This document shows, piece by piece, positions 12,401 to 27,340 of a DNA stretch of 64,000 nt. The position numbers and the translations under genes were made by a program. The number at the start of each line of letters is the position of its first letter. The first letter of the stretch is position 1. Source of the stretch: Schmidtea polychroa (lineage: Eukaryota); NCBI GenBank assembly GCA_044892525.1, contig CM097885.1:25112001-25176000 (forward strand). Direction: 5' to 3'. The notes below the pieces were generated by a model that did no database searches, had not been told where the DNA came from, and worked only from the letters and a program-made list of their open reading frames with translations.

Positions 12401-15400
12401 AGTACCTACAACCACATACCCATTAACTACCTACAACCACCTACCAAGTACATACAACCAGTTACTAAGCATTATTAACCAACTACTTACAACCTACAAC
12501 CAACTAGCTACCACCTACCAAGTACTAACAACCAACAGCCAGCTAACAACTAGCTACCACCTACCAAGTTCATACAACCACCTACCCATTTACTAGCTAC
12601 TAAGTACTAACAACTACCTACCACCTACCAAGTACATACAACCAACTAACAACCAGACACTAAGCATTATCAACCAAGTACTAACAACCAAGTAACTTAC
12701 CTAGTACTAAGCACTGTCAACTAGATACCAAACACTTACAACCAATTGACCACATGAAATTATTGGTTAAATATGAAAATAAGGATTATATTTAGTTGTT
12801 AAGTAAATTATGGTGTAAAATTAAGAAATAAAGAATAATTAGGTAAATTAAGGATAAATTAAGGAAAATTAAGGTTCAAAATTTAAAATTAAGTAACCAA
12901 TGGTTCAAATTTTAAATTAAAGCTAAATAAGTAAATTAAAGTAAGATTTTTAAATTTATTATCAAAAGATTGAATAACCACCAACTTTTTTGAGAAATGT
13001 AATTTTTAATGAAAATTTAAATGGAAATTTTTTTTAAGTTAATTTTAAATGTAAAATTTTTTAAGTTAATTTTTAATGAAAAATTTTATGGTATAATTTT
13101 TTTAAGCTAATTTTTTAAGTTAATTTTTATGAAATTTTTTTTTAAGATAATTTTAAATACAAATTTTAATGAAATAATTTTTAAGTTAACTTCAATGAAA
13201 TATTTTTCAAAGTCAAATGAAAATTTAAATGGAATAATAATAATAATAATAAAAATAATAATAATAATTCAGCAGTTACCAACAATCGCTTACTAAATAT
13301 TTTTAACTAGATGCTAACAAATACTTACAACATGATACCACGTACTAACTAACTCTCAAACAACCACATACTTACAGCTAACTACTTAGAACTAACTACT
13401 AAATATTCTTTATTGTATTTTATGAAATGTATTTTTTAAAATTAATTTTTTATCTATCTTCAAAAATATATTTAATTAATATCAGTAGAAAAACCTTTTC
13501 AAATTTAACAAAAATGTTGATTTTCATCAAAAAACCACAACTCAATCACTTTAAAACACCACGTGGAATTCAAAATAATTTAAATTACAATGAAAGACTA
13601 ATGAATTCTAATTTACAAAACATTCTTCTTTTAAATGATAACTACTGACTTATTATTGCAATGTAAAAATCGCATTCAATAAATACTTATTGTTGATCAG
13701 TTTTATTATATATACTCTGAGTTTATCCGACAGGATGTTTTGACCCCCTAAGGGTACAGGTCGTAAGGCTACTGGTCGTAAGGGTATTAGTCGTAAAGGT
13801 ACTATTCGTAAAGGTATTAGTCGTAAGTATACTGGTCGTAAGGATATTGCTAACTCATTATTGCTACCCATTAACTAGCTACTAAGTACTAACAACCAGT
13901 TACCTGATACCAAGTACTTACAACCACCATCAAAATCCATCGAGAAATTAACAAATATCAACCTACAACTATATAACAACAATCAGTAAACAACACTGTA
14001 CCAACTACCAAATACAAGATACCAACAACTTAGTACCAACAATCAACTAACAACACATAAAAATAATAGCAATTAAATACAAAATATTCTTCATCACATA
14101 CACTATCTTCTTATCAAAATCTAAAAAGTCAACCAACTACTTACAACCAACAACTATGTATTAACAAATAGATCTTTAAAAGCAAATACTCTTCACTTGA
14201 AAAATTGGATGAAAAATTAATTGAACTCAAGGCATCAATAACTTGATAAAAATTGATTAAATTATTGTAAAAATTTAAATTATTCAAAATAAATATCATA
14301 AAAATTTAATTAATGGACAAGAAAAAATTCTAATCATCCAGTAAATAAAAAAAATACTGATCATTCAAGTTAATATGGATCGACTAAGTTAATAAATAAT
14401 ATCTAATAGATAATTGATTTAGATTGAATAAATTAATTGAAATAAAATTAATTTTAATTATTTTTTTAAAAGTAATGCATGTACTCAAATTGATTGACTG
14501 ATTGCTCAAAATATTCAAAAAAATCAGTATAAATTCATTACCATTATCAAAGTCAGCAATCTACAATAAAAATAATTATCATTAAATTCCAAAAGAGACT
14601 AGATAACTAATGATAACATCTAACAAACCAGTAAATTCATTTAAATAACAATAATTGGTATATCCAAGTGAATTCTCCAATAAAATCATCTAAAAAGAAT
14701 CATTTTCTCCCCAAATATATCAATATTTAAAGATTGGTATTTTAATGATAAATAATTGTTAAAGATCATATATTTACCTCAAACTAACAAGATTCCTTAA
14801 AATCCCTTAAATGACTATATTTCGACCCTTAATTCATATTATTACAAATATTTTACTAAAATCATCTAAAAACCATCAAATTTCCCTGAAATAACTCTAA
14901 CTTTAAAGATTAGTATTTTATCGATAAATATCCTTAAAAGGTTATATATTTGCCTCAGACTAATAAGATTGCTTAAACTCCCCTTTAAATGACTATAATT
15001 CTAACTTTAATTTCTATTATCACGAATATTTCCCTATGAAACATGTAAAATCATTAACCCTAAATAATTTATAAAATCTAATGATAAAACCGGTTATAAT
15101 TAAATTTTCGTTAATCACTGTACTCGAAATTTAAAATAAATATAACTGACTAGGTCCCATTGAAAGATTAAATTTATCCATTCAATAAAATATATTTCTT
15201 CAAATGGTCAACTTTTGTCGTTGTCCGTCTAAATAAAGATAAAAATAATTTAAAGTTGATATCAATCCAAATTATCTATAAAGATTTCATTGTCAAAACC
15301 AAGTAAATCGGTCATTAACACTACTTAATAAAACCCTGGATAATTAAAAGAAAATTTAATAAAACATTATTCTAAAATCTAAATTAATATACAATGGATT

Positions 15401-15988
15401 AATCACAACCTAATAAAACGATATAATTATTATTGATTCATAACTGACTAATGTATTGCAATTTCCTTAAAAACATTGATATTTGACCAACATTACCCAT
15501 GTAAATATTCAAAAGATTCCCATCGAAACCCTTCCCTCATTAAAAGCAACCGACTATATCTTTCTTAAAATGAAATATTTCCCATATTAACCGACTATAT
15601 CCCCATTAAAAAATCATATATTCCCACCTTATCTAATCTCTCATTAAATCTAACCGACTATATCCCTTTAAAAATCATATATTCCTATCTTAACCGATTT
15701 ATCATTAAATCTCACCGACAATATCCCATCTTAACCGATCTCTCACCAAATATTTCTACCCTTTTAAACATCTATCCGATTATATCCCTTATTTTCCCTA
15801 AAGATTCCGCCCACTTGAGCCCTTTAATATATATCAATCCTCTTAAAATCCTCAGAGAAATTCAAAAATATGACTTTTAATTAATTGTTATAGAACCAGA
15901 CAAATAATAAGAGCCCATTAAAAGATCAAAATTCACTAAATTTTCTACAAATATTTACCATCAAATACTGGAGATGATATATATTGTT

Positions 15989-18900
15989 AGTAGGTAGATA
16001 GTAGCCCACGGGAACAATTACCCCCCCCCCCCCCGGGGGGGGGGGAGGGGTTTGTTCCCAAATTTTTATTACGCAATTGTTCCCAACTCATTTTTTTGCT
16101 TTCAGGGATTTTTGGTCCAAATTTTTTTTTATCACACTATAGTGAGGGGGTCTCGATGGTCCTGGGATTTTCAATACAAAAAATTTTTTTCAATACAAAA
16201 AGCTGGTCTACACTAAAAAAAGCATGGTAATTTAAGGTCTCAGGATATTTTCAATACAAAAAGCTGGTCTACACTAAAAAAGCCAAGGATTTTTCAGACT
16301 ATAGTGAGGTGAGTCTCCTTGGTCCTGAGAAATAAAGAGGTCTCGATGGACCTGGGATTTTCAATACAAATAAAATTTTTTCTATACAAAAATCCGACTA
16401 CCACTAAAAAAGCATGGAATTTTCACACTATAGTGAGGGGGGTCTCGATGAACCTGGGATTTTCAATACAAATAAAATTTTTCTATACAAAAATCCGACT
16501 ATCAATAAAAAAGCCAAGGATTTATCACACTATAGTGAGGGGGTCTCGATGGAACTGGGATTTTCAATACAAATAAAATTTTTCTATACAAAAATCCGAC
16601 TATCAATAAAAAAGTCAAGGATTATTCACACTATAGTGAGGGGGTCTCGATGAACCTGGGATTTTCAATACAAATAAAATTTTTTCTATACAAAAATCCG
16701 ACTACCACTAAAAAAGCCAAGGATTTTTCAGACTATAGTGAGGGGGTCTCGATGGTCCTGGGATTTTCAATACAAAAAAATTTTTTTCAATACAAAAACG
16801 ATGGTCCTGGGATTTTCAATACAAAAAAAATTTTTCAATACAAAAAGCTGGTCTACACTAAAAAAGCATGGTAATTTAATGTCTCAGGATATTTTCAATA
16901 CAAAAAGCTGGTCTACACTAAAAAAGCCAAGGATTTTTCAGACTATAGTGAGGTGAGTCTCCTTGGTCCTGAGAAATAGGTGGTCTACACTAAAAACGTG
17001 GTAAATTTTTCAATTAAAGTAAATAATGGTCCAAATTTTAAAATTAAAGTAAATTATGGTTCTAAAAATTAAATTATAGTAAATTATGGCTCAAATTTTT
17101 AAATTACAGTAAACTATGGTCCTAAAAATTAAATTACAGTAAATTATGGTCAAACATTTTAAATTAAAAAAAACAATGGTTCAAATTTTTCAAATACAGT
17201 AAATTATGGGTCTAAAAATTAAATTACAGTAAATTATGGTTCTAAAAATTAAATTATAGTAAATTATGGCTCAAATTTTTCAATTAAAGTAAATAATGGT
17301 TCTAAAAAATTAAATTAAAGTAAATTATGGCTCAAATTTTCAAATAAGGTAATAATGGTCCTAAAAAATTAAATTACAGTAAATTATGGTCCAAATTTTT
17401 AAATTAAAGTAAATTTAGGTTCTTAAAAATTAAATTAAAGTAAATTATGGTTCTAAAATATTAAATTACAGTAAATTATGGTCCAGATTTTTCAATTAAA
17501 GTAAATAATGGTCCAAATTTTTGAATTAAAGTAAATTTAAGTTCTTAAAAATTAAATTACAGTAAATAATGGTCCAAATTTTTAAATTAAGTAATCAATG
17601 GTAAAAAATTTTAAATAAGTAAATTAAAGTAATAATTTTTAAATAAGTAAATTAAAGTAATGTAATAAGTAAATTAAAGTAAGATTTTAAAATTTAATTA
17701 CAAAATAATAGAAGGTGTTTGAGAATTGAAATTTTTTAATGAAAATTTTTATGAAATAATTTTTAAGTAATTTTTAATAGAAATTTTAATGAAATATTTT
17801 TCAATGGTAATTTTTAATGGAAATTTTTATGGAATAATTTTTTACGTAATTTTTAATGGAAATTTTTATGAAATATTTTTCAATGATAATTTTAGATGGA
17901 AATTTTTATGAAATATTTTTCAATGGTAATTTTTAATGGAAATTTTTATGGAATAATTTTTTAAGTAATTTTTAATGTAAATTTTTATGAAATATTTTTC
18001 AATGATAATTTTAGATGGAAATTTTTAAGATAATTTTTAATGAAAATTTTTATGAAATATTTATCAAAGACAAATTTTAATAATAATTCAACAACAAACC
18101 AACAACTTAGTACCAACAACCAGTAACTTACGAACATGTATTAACAACCAGATACCTACAACTAGTTACTAACAACTAGTTACATGATACTAAGTAAATA
18201 CAACCACCTAACAAGTACTTACAACCAAAAACAAGCAACCAACCAGGTACCAGTTACCAACTACTAAGTACCTACAACCAACTAGTTACCTGATACCAAG
18301 TACTTACAACTAAATACTAACAACCAGTTACCTGATACCATATACCTACAACTAGATACCTACAACTAGTTACCAGGTACTAAGCATTAATTACCAACTA
18401 CTAAGTACCTACAACCAACTAACAACCACCTACCAAGTACTAAGCATTATCAACCAACTACTAAGTACCTACAACCAACTAGCTACCACCTACCAAGTAC
18501 TAACAACCAGTTACCAACTACTAAGCATTAATTACCTACAACTAGTTACTAACAACTAGCTACCAAGTACATACAACCAGACACTAAGCATTATCAACCG
18601 AGTACTAACAACCAAGTACAAGATACCTAGTACTGTCAACTAGATACCAAACACTTACAACCAGATGACCACATGAAATTATTGGTTAAATATGAAAATA
18701 AGGGTTATAATTAGTTGTTTAGTAAATTATGGTGTAAAATTAAGTAATAAAGCATAAATAGGTAAATTAAGGATAAGTAAATTAAAGTTAAAAAATTAAA
18801 TTAAAGTTAATTAAGGTCCAAATTTTAAAAATAAGTAATCAATGTTCTAAAAAATTAAATTAAAGTTAAATAAGTAAATTAAAGTAATAATTTTTAAAGA

Positions 18901-21900
18901 ATTTAATTAAAGTAATAATTTTTAAATAATTAATGTACTAAGTAAATTAAAGTAAGATTTTTAATTTTATTATCAAAAGATTGAATAACCACCAACTTTT
19001 TTGAGAAATGTAATTTATAATGAAAATTTAAATGGAATAATAATAATAATAATAATAAAAATAATAATAATTCAACAGTTACCAAAAATCGGTTACTGAT
19101 TATTTTTTAACTAGGTGCTAACAAATACTTACAACTAGATACCACGTACTAACTAACTCTCAAACAACCAGATACTTACAACTAACTACTAAATATTCTT
19201 CACTGTATTTTATGAAATGCTTTTTAAATTAATATTTTTTATACAGCTTCTATAATAATTTTAATTACAATCAGTAGAAAAACCTTTTCAAATTTAACAA
19301 AAATGATGATTTTCATCAAAAAACCACAACTCAATCACTTTAAAACACCACGTCATATTCAAAATAATTACAATGAAAGACTAATGAATTCTAATTTACA
19401 AAACATTCTTCTTTTAATTGATAACTTATTATTGCAATGTAAAAATCGCATTCAATAAATACTTATTGTTGATCAATTTTATTATATATACTCTGAGTTT
19501 ATCCGACAGGATGTTTTGACCCCCTAAGGGTACTGGTCGTAAGGGTATTAGTCGTAAGGGTACAGGTCGTAAGGGTACTGGTAGTAAAGGTACTGGTCGT
19601 AAGGGTATTAGTCGTAGGGGTATTGATCACTCTCAATCCCCACCTACTCATTAATTAGCTACCATGTACTAACCACTAGGTTTCAAACAACTAAATACTA
19701 AACACTTACAACCATGTACTAACAACCACCATCAAAACCCATCGAGAAATTAACAAATATCAACCTACAACTAGATACTTACAACCAGGTACCTGCTACC
19801 AAGTACTTACAACAAGATACCAAGTACCAACAATCAACTAACCACACATAAAAATAATAGCAATTAAATACAAAATATTCTTCATCACATACAATATCTT
19901 CTTATCAAAATCTAAAAAGTCAATCAGATACCAACTACCAAGTACCAAGTACTAACAACCAACTACCTAGAACCAACAACTATGTACTAACAAATTGATC
20001 TTTAAAAGAAAAATACTCTTCACTTGAAAAATTAGATGGAAAATTAATTGAACTCAAGGCATCAATAACTAGGTAAAAATTGATTAAATTATTGTAAAAA
20101 TTTAAAATATTCGAAATAAATATCATAAAAATTTAATTAATGGACAGGAAAAAATTCTAGTCATCAAGTAAATAAAAAAATATTGATCATTCAAGTTGAA
20201 TCAACTAAGATAATAAATTAATAAGATAAGATCTAGTAGATAATTGATTTAGATTGAATAAATTAATTTAAATAAAATTAATTTAAATTATTTTTTTAAA
20301 AGTAATACATGTACTCAAATTGATTGACTGATTTCTCAATATATTCAAAAAAAATCAGTATAAATTCATTACAATTATCAAAGTCAGCAATCTACAATAA
20401 AAATAATTATCATAAAATTCCAAAAGAGACTAGATAACTAATGATAACATCTAATAAACCAGTAAATTTATTTAAATGACAATAATTGGTATATCCTAGT
20501 GAATTCTCCAATTTCTCATTTCCTCCCAAATATATCAATATGTAAAGATTGGTATTGTAATGATAAATACTTGTTAAAGATCATATATTTACCTCAAACT
20601 AACAAGATTCCTTAAAATCCCTTAAATGACTATATTTCTACCCTTAATTCATATTATTACAAATATTTCACTAAAATCATCTAAAAAGCATCAAATTTCC
20701 CTGAAATAACTCTATCTTTTAAGATTGATATTTTAATGATAAGTACTTGTTAAAGATCATATATTCCCCTCAGACTAATAAGATTGCTTAAACTCCCCTT
20801 TAAATGACTATAATTCTAACTTTAATTCCTATTATCATACATGTTTCACTATTGATAAAACCGGTTATAATTAACTTTTTGTTAATCACTGTACTCGAAA
20901 TTTAAAATAAATATAACTGACTAGGTCCCATTAAAAGATTAAATTTATCCATCCAATAAAATATATTTCTTCAAATGATCATTTTTACCAATATTCAACC
21001 GATTTAATTACTAATTAAAATCAAGATTTCTTCCAATAAAGATCAATTTTATTTAGTCGATGTTTTAAGTCCATATTTCTAAACTTTTGTCATTCTCCGC
21101 CTAAATAAAGATAAAAATAAATTAAAGTTGATATCAATCCCAATTATCTGTAAAGATTTCATTGTCAAAACCAAGTAAATCGATCATTATCCCTACTTAA
21201 TAAAACATTGTTCTAAATTAATTTACTATGCATTAATCACAACCTAATAAAACGATATAATTATTATTGATTCATAACTGACTAATGTATTGCAATTTCC
21301 TTAAAAAACATTGATATTTTACCAACATCACCCTTAAAAAATCATATATTCCCATCGAAACCCTTCCCTCATTAAAGTCAATCGACTATATCTCCCTTAC
21401 AATAATATATTCCCATCTTAACCCATCTCACATTAAATCTAACCGACTATATCCCCTTAAAAGATCATATTTTCCCCATCTTAACCGATCTCTCATTAAA
21501 CCTAACCAACAATATCCCATCTTAACCGATCTCTCATTAAATCTAACCGACTATATCCCTTTAAAAATCATATATTCCCATCTTAACCCATCCCTCATTA
21601 AATTTAACCGACAATATCCCATCTTATCTGATCTCTCAGCAAATATTTCTACCATTTTAAACATCTATCCGATTATATCCCTTATTTTCCCTAAAGATTT
21701 CACCCACTTGAGCCCTTTAATATATATCAATCCTCTTAAAATCCTCAGAGAACTTCAAAAATATGACTTTTAATTAATTGTTATAGGAACCAGACAAATA
21801 ATAAGAGCCCATTAAAAGATCAAAATTCACTAAATTTTCTACAAATATTTACCATCAAATACTGGAGATGATATATATTGTTTGATCATAATTCTTCAGC

Positions 21901-24001
21901 TATTCAACCAATCATTTTCAAGCAATAACAGCAAACTAAATTTCTGTATATCCTACAATAATTATCACGTAAATTTAAAGTCCTTGATAAAGTTAACTGG
22001 TTTCTTAGCTTATGTTTTTTAAAGTGCATCAATGTAAATATTCTTAGAAAATTATTTTTAGAAAATTATTGAAAAATTATTTAGTCAAATACATTACAAA
22101 GTCATCAAAAATCACTTAATTATTAACCTAATTGTCAATGAAATTAATTTTTATTTAAAAACTATTCAATAAAATACAACTAATTATCAAGAAATTAATT
22201 AAATTTATCAATTAAATTTATCAGTCAACATGAAAGTTTTAGAAAATTGTTCAATATCCTCATAAAAAATTTATCATATCACTTGATTATTGTAAAAACT
22301 CTAATTATTAACCTCATTGAAAATAATTTTTATTTAAAATTAAAAAAAAAAACAAGTCATTAAAAATACATCCAATATTCAAGAAATTAATTAAATTTAT
22401 CTTAGAATTAGCATTAAATTATTAAATATTCATTCAATAATCATGAAATCCACAAAAATAATAGAAATTTACAAAAATCAAAGAAATTCACAAAATTGAT
22501 AAAAATTCACATAATTCGCCATAATTTACTTTAATTTAATTTTTTAGAACCATTATTTACTTTAATTGAAAAATTTGAGCCATAATTTACTATAATTTAA
22601 TTTTTAGAACCATAATTTACTGTAATTTAATTTTTAGGCCCATAATTTACTGTATTTGAAAAATTTGAACCATTGTTTTTTTTAATTTAAAATGTTTGAC
22701 CATAATTTATTGTAATTTAATTTTTAGGACCATAATTTACTGTAATTTAAAAATTTGAGCCATAATTTACTATAATTTAATTTTTAGAACCATAATTTAC
22801 TTTAATTTTAAAATTTGGACCATTATTTACTTTAATTGAAAAATTTACCACGTTTTTAGTGTAGACCACCTATTTCTCAGGACCAAGGAGACTCACCTCA
22901 CTATAGTCTGAAAAATCCTTGGCTTTTTTAGTGTAGACCAGCTTTTTGTATTGAAAATATCCTGAGACATTAAATTACCATGCTTTTTTAGTGTAGACCA
23001 GCTTTTTGTATTGAAAAATTTTTTTTGTATTGAAAATCCCAGGACCATCGTTTTTGTATTGAAAAAAATTTTTTTGTATTGAAAATCCCAGGACCATCGA
23101 GACCCCCTCACTATAGTCTGAAAAATCCTTGGCTTTTTTAGTGGTAGTCGGATTTTTGTATAGAAAAAATTTTATTTGTATTGAAAATCCCAGGTTCATC
23201 GAGACCCCCTCACTATAGTGCGAATAATCCTTGACTTTTTTATTGATAGTCGGATTTTTGTATAGAAAAATTTTATTTGTATTGAAAATCCCAGTTCCAT
23301 CGAGACCCCCTCACTATAGTGTGATAAATCCTTGGCTTTTTTATTGATAGTCGGATTTTTGTATAGAAAAATTTTATTTGTATTGAAAATCCCAGGTTCA
23401 TCGAGACCCCCCTCACTATAGTGTGAAAATTCCATGCTTTTTTAGTGGTAGTCGGATTTTTGTATAGAAAAAATTTTATTTGTATTGAAAATCCCAGGTC
23501 CATCGAGACCCCTTTATTTCTCAGGACCAAGGAGACTCACCTCACTATAGTCTGAAAAATCCTTGGCTTTTTTAGTGTAGACCAGCTTTTTGTATTGAAA
23601 AAAATTTTTTGTATTGAAAATCCCAGGACCATCGAGACCCCCTCACTATAGTCTGAAAATTCCTTGGCTTTTTTAGTGGTAGTCGGATTTTTGTATTGAA
23701 AAAAATTTTTTGTATTGAAAATCCCAGGACCATCGAGACCCCCTCACTATAGTCTGAAAATTCTATGCTTTTTTATTGATAGTCGGATTTTTGTATTGAA
23801 AAAAATTTTTTGTATTGAAAATCCCAGGACCATCGAGACCCCCTCACTATGGTGTGATAAAAAAAAATTTGGACCAAAAATCCCTGAAAGCAAAAAAATG
23901 AGTTGGGAACAATTGCGTAATAAAAATTTGGGAACAAACCCCTCCCCCCCCCCCCCCCCCCGGGGGGGGTAATTGTTCCCGTGGGCTACTATCTACCTAC
24001 T
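15989..24001. mobile_element. Non-coding 8.0 kb Polinton deletion derivative nested in the outer element
   Basis: Ends AGTAGGTAGATAGTAGCCCACGGGAACAATTACCC and its exact inverse; 6-bp TSD ATTGTT (15983-15988, 24002-24007); TIRs ~15989-17331 and ~22518-24001. Confidence 0.92.
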
Positions 24002-25425
24002 ATTGTTTGATCATAATTCTTAAGCTATTCAACCAATCATTTTCAAGCAATAACAGCAAACTAAATTTCTGTATATCCTACAATAATTATCAAGTAAATT
24101 TAAAGTCATTGATAAAGTTGGTTTCTTAGCTTATGTTTTTTAAAGTGCATCAATGTGTAAATATTCTTAGAAAATTATTGAAAAATTATTTAGTCAAATA
24201 CATTACAAAGTTATCATCAAAAATCACTTAATTATTAACCTAATTGTCAATGATATTAATTTTTATTTAAAAACTATTCAATAAAATACAACGAATTATC
24301 AAGAAATTAATTAAATTTATCAATTAAATTTATCAGTCAACATGAAATTCTTAGAAAATTATTCAATATCCTCATAAAAATTTATCATATCACTTCATTA
24401 TTGTAAAATCTCTAATTATTAACCTCATTAAAAATAAATTTTTATTTAAAATTAAAAAACCAATCAATAAAAATACATCCAATTATCAAGAAATTAATTA
24501 AATTTATCTTAGAACTAACTTTAAATTATTAAATATTCATTCAATAAACATGAAATTTGCAAAAATGTTAGAAATCCACAAAAATAATAGAAATTTACAA
24601 AAATCAAAGAAATTCACAAAAATGATAAAAATTTATGAAAATGATAGATATCCACAAAAATTACTGATATTCACAAAAAATTATGGAAATTCATGAAAAT
24701 GATGGAAATCCACAAAAAACGATAAAAATTCACAAAAATGATAGAAATCTGCAAAAATAATAGAAATTTACTTGAATATTTACTAAAACCATCAACTCTA
24801 AAAATTATCAATGCCTTAAACAACAAATTTGTCTAAATAATCATTCAAATAAAAGCATTAAATACCTTTACCACTAACACCCTTACGACACGTTGAATGT
24901 GAGTAGTACCCTTGTGAGCAATACCCATAGGGGGACAGAATATTTTTTCGGATAAACTCCGAGTATATATAATAAAACTCATTCAAATTTATCATTGAAT
25001 CAGTAAAATTATCATAAATTTCGATAAAAATTCTAAAGTGGTAAGCAATGAAAAGACAATTATTCTTTAAACTTTGATAAAATTAACAATGGTGGTAAGA
25101 ATCATCATTAAAGTGAGGAAATTATTCATTACTCGATTCAAATGGGTGAAAATAATTGGTAGAATAATTCATTAATGGATCATGAGAGGTAAATACTGAG
25201 AAGTGGCATAGATAAAATGAAGGTTGATAAGAATGGAAATATATTAATTGAATTTATTTCATAAATTTAATAAAAAAAAACTTTTAAAACAAATATTTGT
25301 GGGGATGTTTTAAGTGAATAATTAATCAAAATCGGTGGAATATAATTGATTAAATATCGAGGGTGGGGGTTATAAGTGATTAATTAATGGAAAATCGAGA
25401 ATCGGGGGGAATATAAGTATATATA

Positions 25426-26209
25426 CTAAGATATTCTTGGTTTGCGTATACCAGTCGATTTTTCTCGATATTTTTGCTTATCTAATCCAAGTGAATTTGC
25501 CAAATTTTTATCAAATGTAACTTCGCAAATGTCATCATTCAAACTGAAGGTAAACATCAAATCTTTCACAATTTCCAAATTTTTAAATATGTGTGAACAA
25601 TTGAACTTTAAATATTTAAGTAAATCATCAAGTTTATCAAAATATAATTCATCAGCAAAGGTAAATGATTCTTCAACTTCATCATTATACGACAGAGATA
25701 TTTTGATTTCTTCTTTCACTATACTGTTTGCTTCAAATAGATTAAAACATAATAAATACTCCGTCTCCGTAACAATATTTTTCAACTTATTGCAACCCAT
25801 TCGTTTGGCATCTTCAATAGTTTCGAATGTTATTGTAAATGGTTTAAAATCACAACTGATATTTAATCCATCCTTGTAAAACATATAGCAATGCGAATCT
25901 AATATTTGATTCGGAATATGATATGTTTTATCATAATTACTGATAACAAAGATACCGCTACATGTTTTCACAATATTCCTTTTGAAATCAATATTACATT
26001 GACTATAAAATGGGAATGTGTTGTACACGAATGTAAAATCTTGCAGTGCAACTTCCCAGTCCCCATTTAAAGAAATCGGATTCTGGAGATTGACCATAAA
26101 TTTACTGGCTTGATTGTCTGGCTTGATTGTCTGGATGAATTAATGGGCAACTATTGCTCGGCAAAATAGTATAAAAATTCACTTTATTAGGTCTTTTGCT
26201 GATATCCAT
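25426..26209 (-). pseudogene. Polinton minor capsid (penton-like) protein; frameshifted and probably 3'-truncated
   Basis: Removing one copy of the 13-bp duplication GCTTGATTGTCTG (26108-26133) restores MDISKRPNKVNFYTILPSNSCPLIHPDNQASKFMVNLQNPISLNGDWEVALQDF, which matches the FYxxLPSNS...GxWEVAL N-terminus of this family. Confidence 0.75.
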
Positions 26210-26811
26210 GACGGGTTTTGATAACCATGCCATTTGACATAGTATTGTTTATCCTTACCGACCTTTTTAGTTTTCAATATTTTTTGAATTCTAAATACTT
26301 TTGGGGGAGGAATGACTTATAATTCCTGCTCATAAAATTTCCCTTGTACAATATTATTATCATTCTCATTGATGACATACATTACAGGATTCTGTTTAGT
26401 ATTTATTTTTGAAATTACAAAGACTTCATCACTCCAATTTGTATCAAAATTTTTAATAAATGGTGATGCACTAATTTTACTAATTCTAACATGGTCACCG
26501 ACTTTATATTTAGGTTTTGCAATTTGTACAGATTTCTTAGAAGTCAATGATGTTTTTGATGTAATATCAACCGGTCTCAATCCATTCAGTCCTCGATGTG
26601 ATGAATGATTATAACTTGTTATTATTTTCGGTAAAGCATTTACCCATTTTTTATTACCTTGATGCACGAACAATTTCTTTAATCGATCTCTCAATGTTCG
26701 ATTAAATCTTTCAACATGGGCAGCTTTGTATTGAGAATGTACCGAGTAGTGATTTATTTTCAGTTTATCGAGGATTTGCTTAACTTTGCTATTGTAGAAT
26801 TCTTTACCTAA

Positions 26812-26891
<80 letters not shown>

Positions 26892-27278
26892 CTAAATCTG
26901 TTTGCAAGTTATTAGGATGTCCATCTTTAAATAAAATATTAATTGCCTTGGACATTTCTTCTGCAGATTTTGCCTTGACTGGTATTGCTCGTGCAAACCT
27001 GCTGTATACATTAATACATGTTAAAATATATTTGTTCCCATTGTTAATTTTCGAATAAGGTATCATCTCCATCAAATCCATTTGCCATAAATCGTCAATA
27101 CCAAATGTTTTATACGCTCTTGTTGGAAATCTTTTCCGCATTGGTTTGTTCAAACTGTACGCAAGCTGATCTGATAACCACTTCTGGGTTTCTTTTTTCG
27201 AATTCGGAACTCTTTTGTTTAATTTTGCCACTCCACCGAAACCGGCTTCGTCTTCTGGGTTCGTCCAAATCTTCTCCA
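26179..27278 (-). pseudogene. Polinton retroviral-like (rve) integrase with C-terminal chromodomain; intron 26808-26891; premature TAA at 26317-26319
   Basis: DDLWQMDL, LQTDLG|KEF, VERFNRTL, YNHSSH, NWSDEVF and GKFYEQEL*; the same frame continues as FRIQKILKTKKVGKDKQYYVKWHGYQNPSWISAKDL. Confidence 0.92.
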
Positions 27279-27340
27279 TTACAACAAGAAGATTTAAAAT
27301 TAAATTTAATGTCGGGCAATGAAGGATTAGCACCCATTGT

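Noticed and set aside
11815..12750. AC-rich repeats as interstitial telomere or mucin-like CDS
   Set aside because: No fixed telomeric unit, many stops, and the tier is mirrored as part of the TIR.
16319..23972. Clusters of 70-85 aa ORFs (also at 10257 and 34495)
   Set aside because: They are translations of the TIR minisatellites and appear as mirror images on both arms.
10155..24620. Simple tandem duplication or haplotype misassembly of the left arm
   Set aside because: The inner copy has its own inverted right end, a perfect 6-bp TSD and visible divergence from the outer copy.
24975..25425. Possible remnant of pPolB, protease or major capsid
   Set aside because: No recognisable motif in the frames I read; treated as the deletion junction region.
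26179..27333. Chromodomain integrase as a Gypsy/chromovirus or Ginger element
   Set aside because: No RT or LTRs; the 6-bp TSD, long TIRs, ATPase and capsid motif indicate a Polinton.
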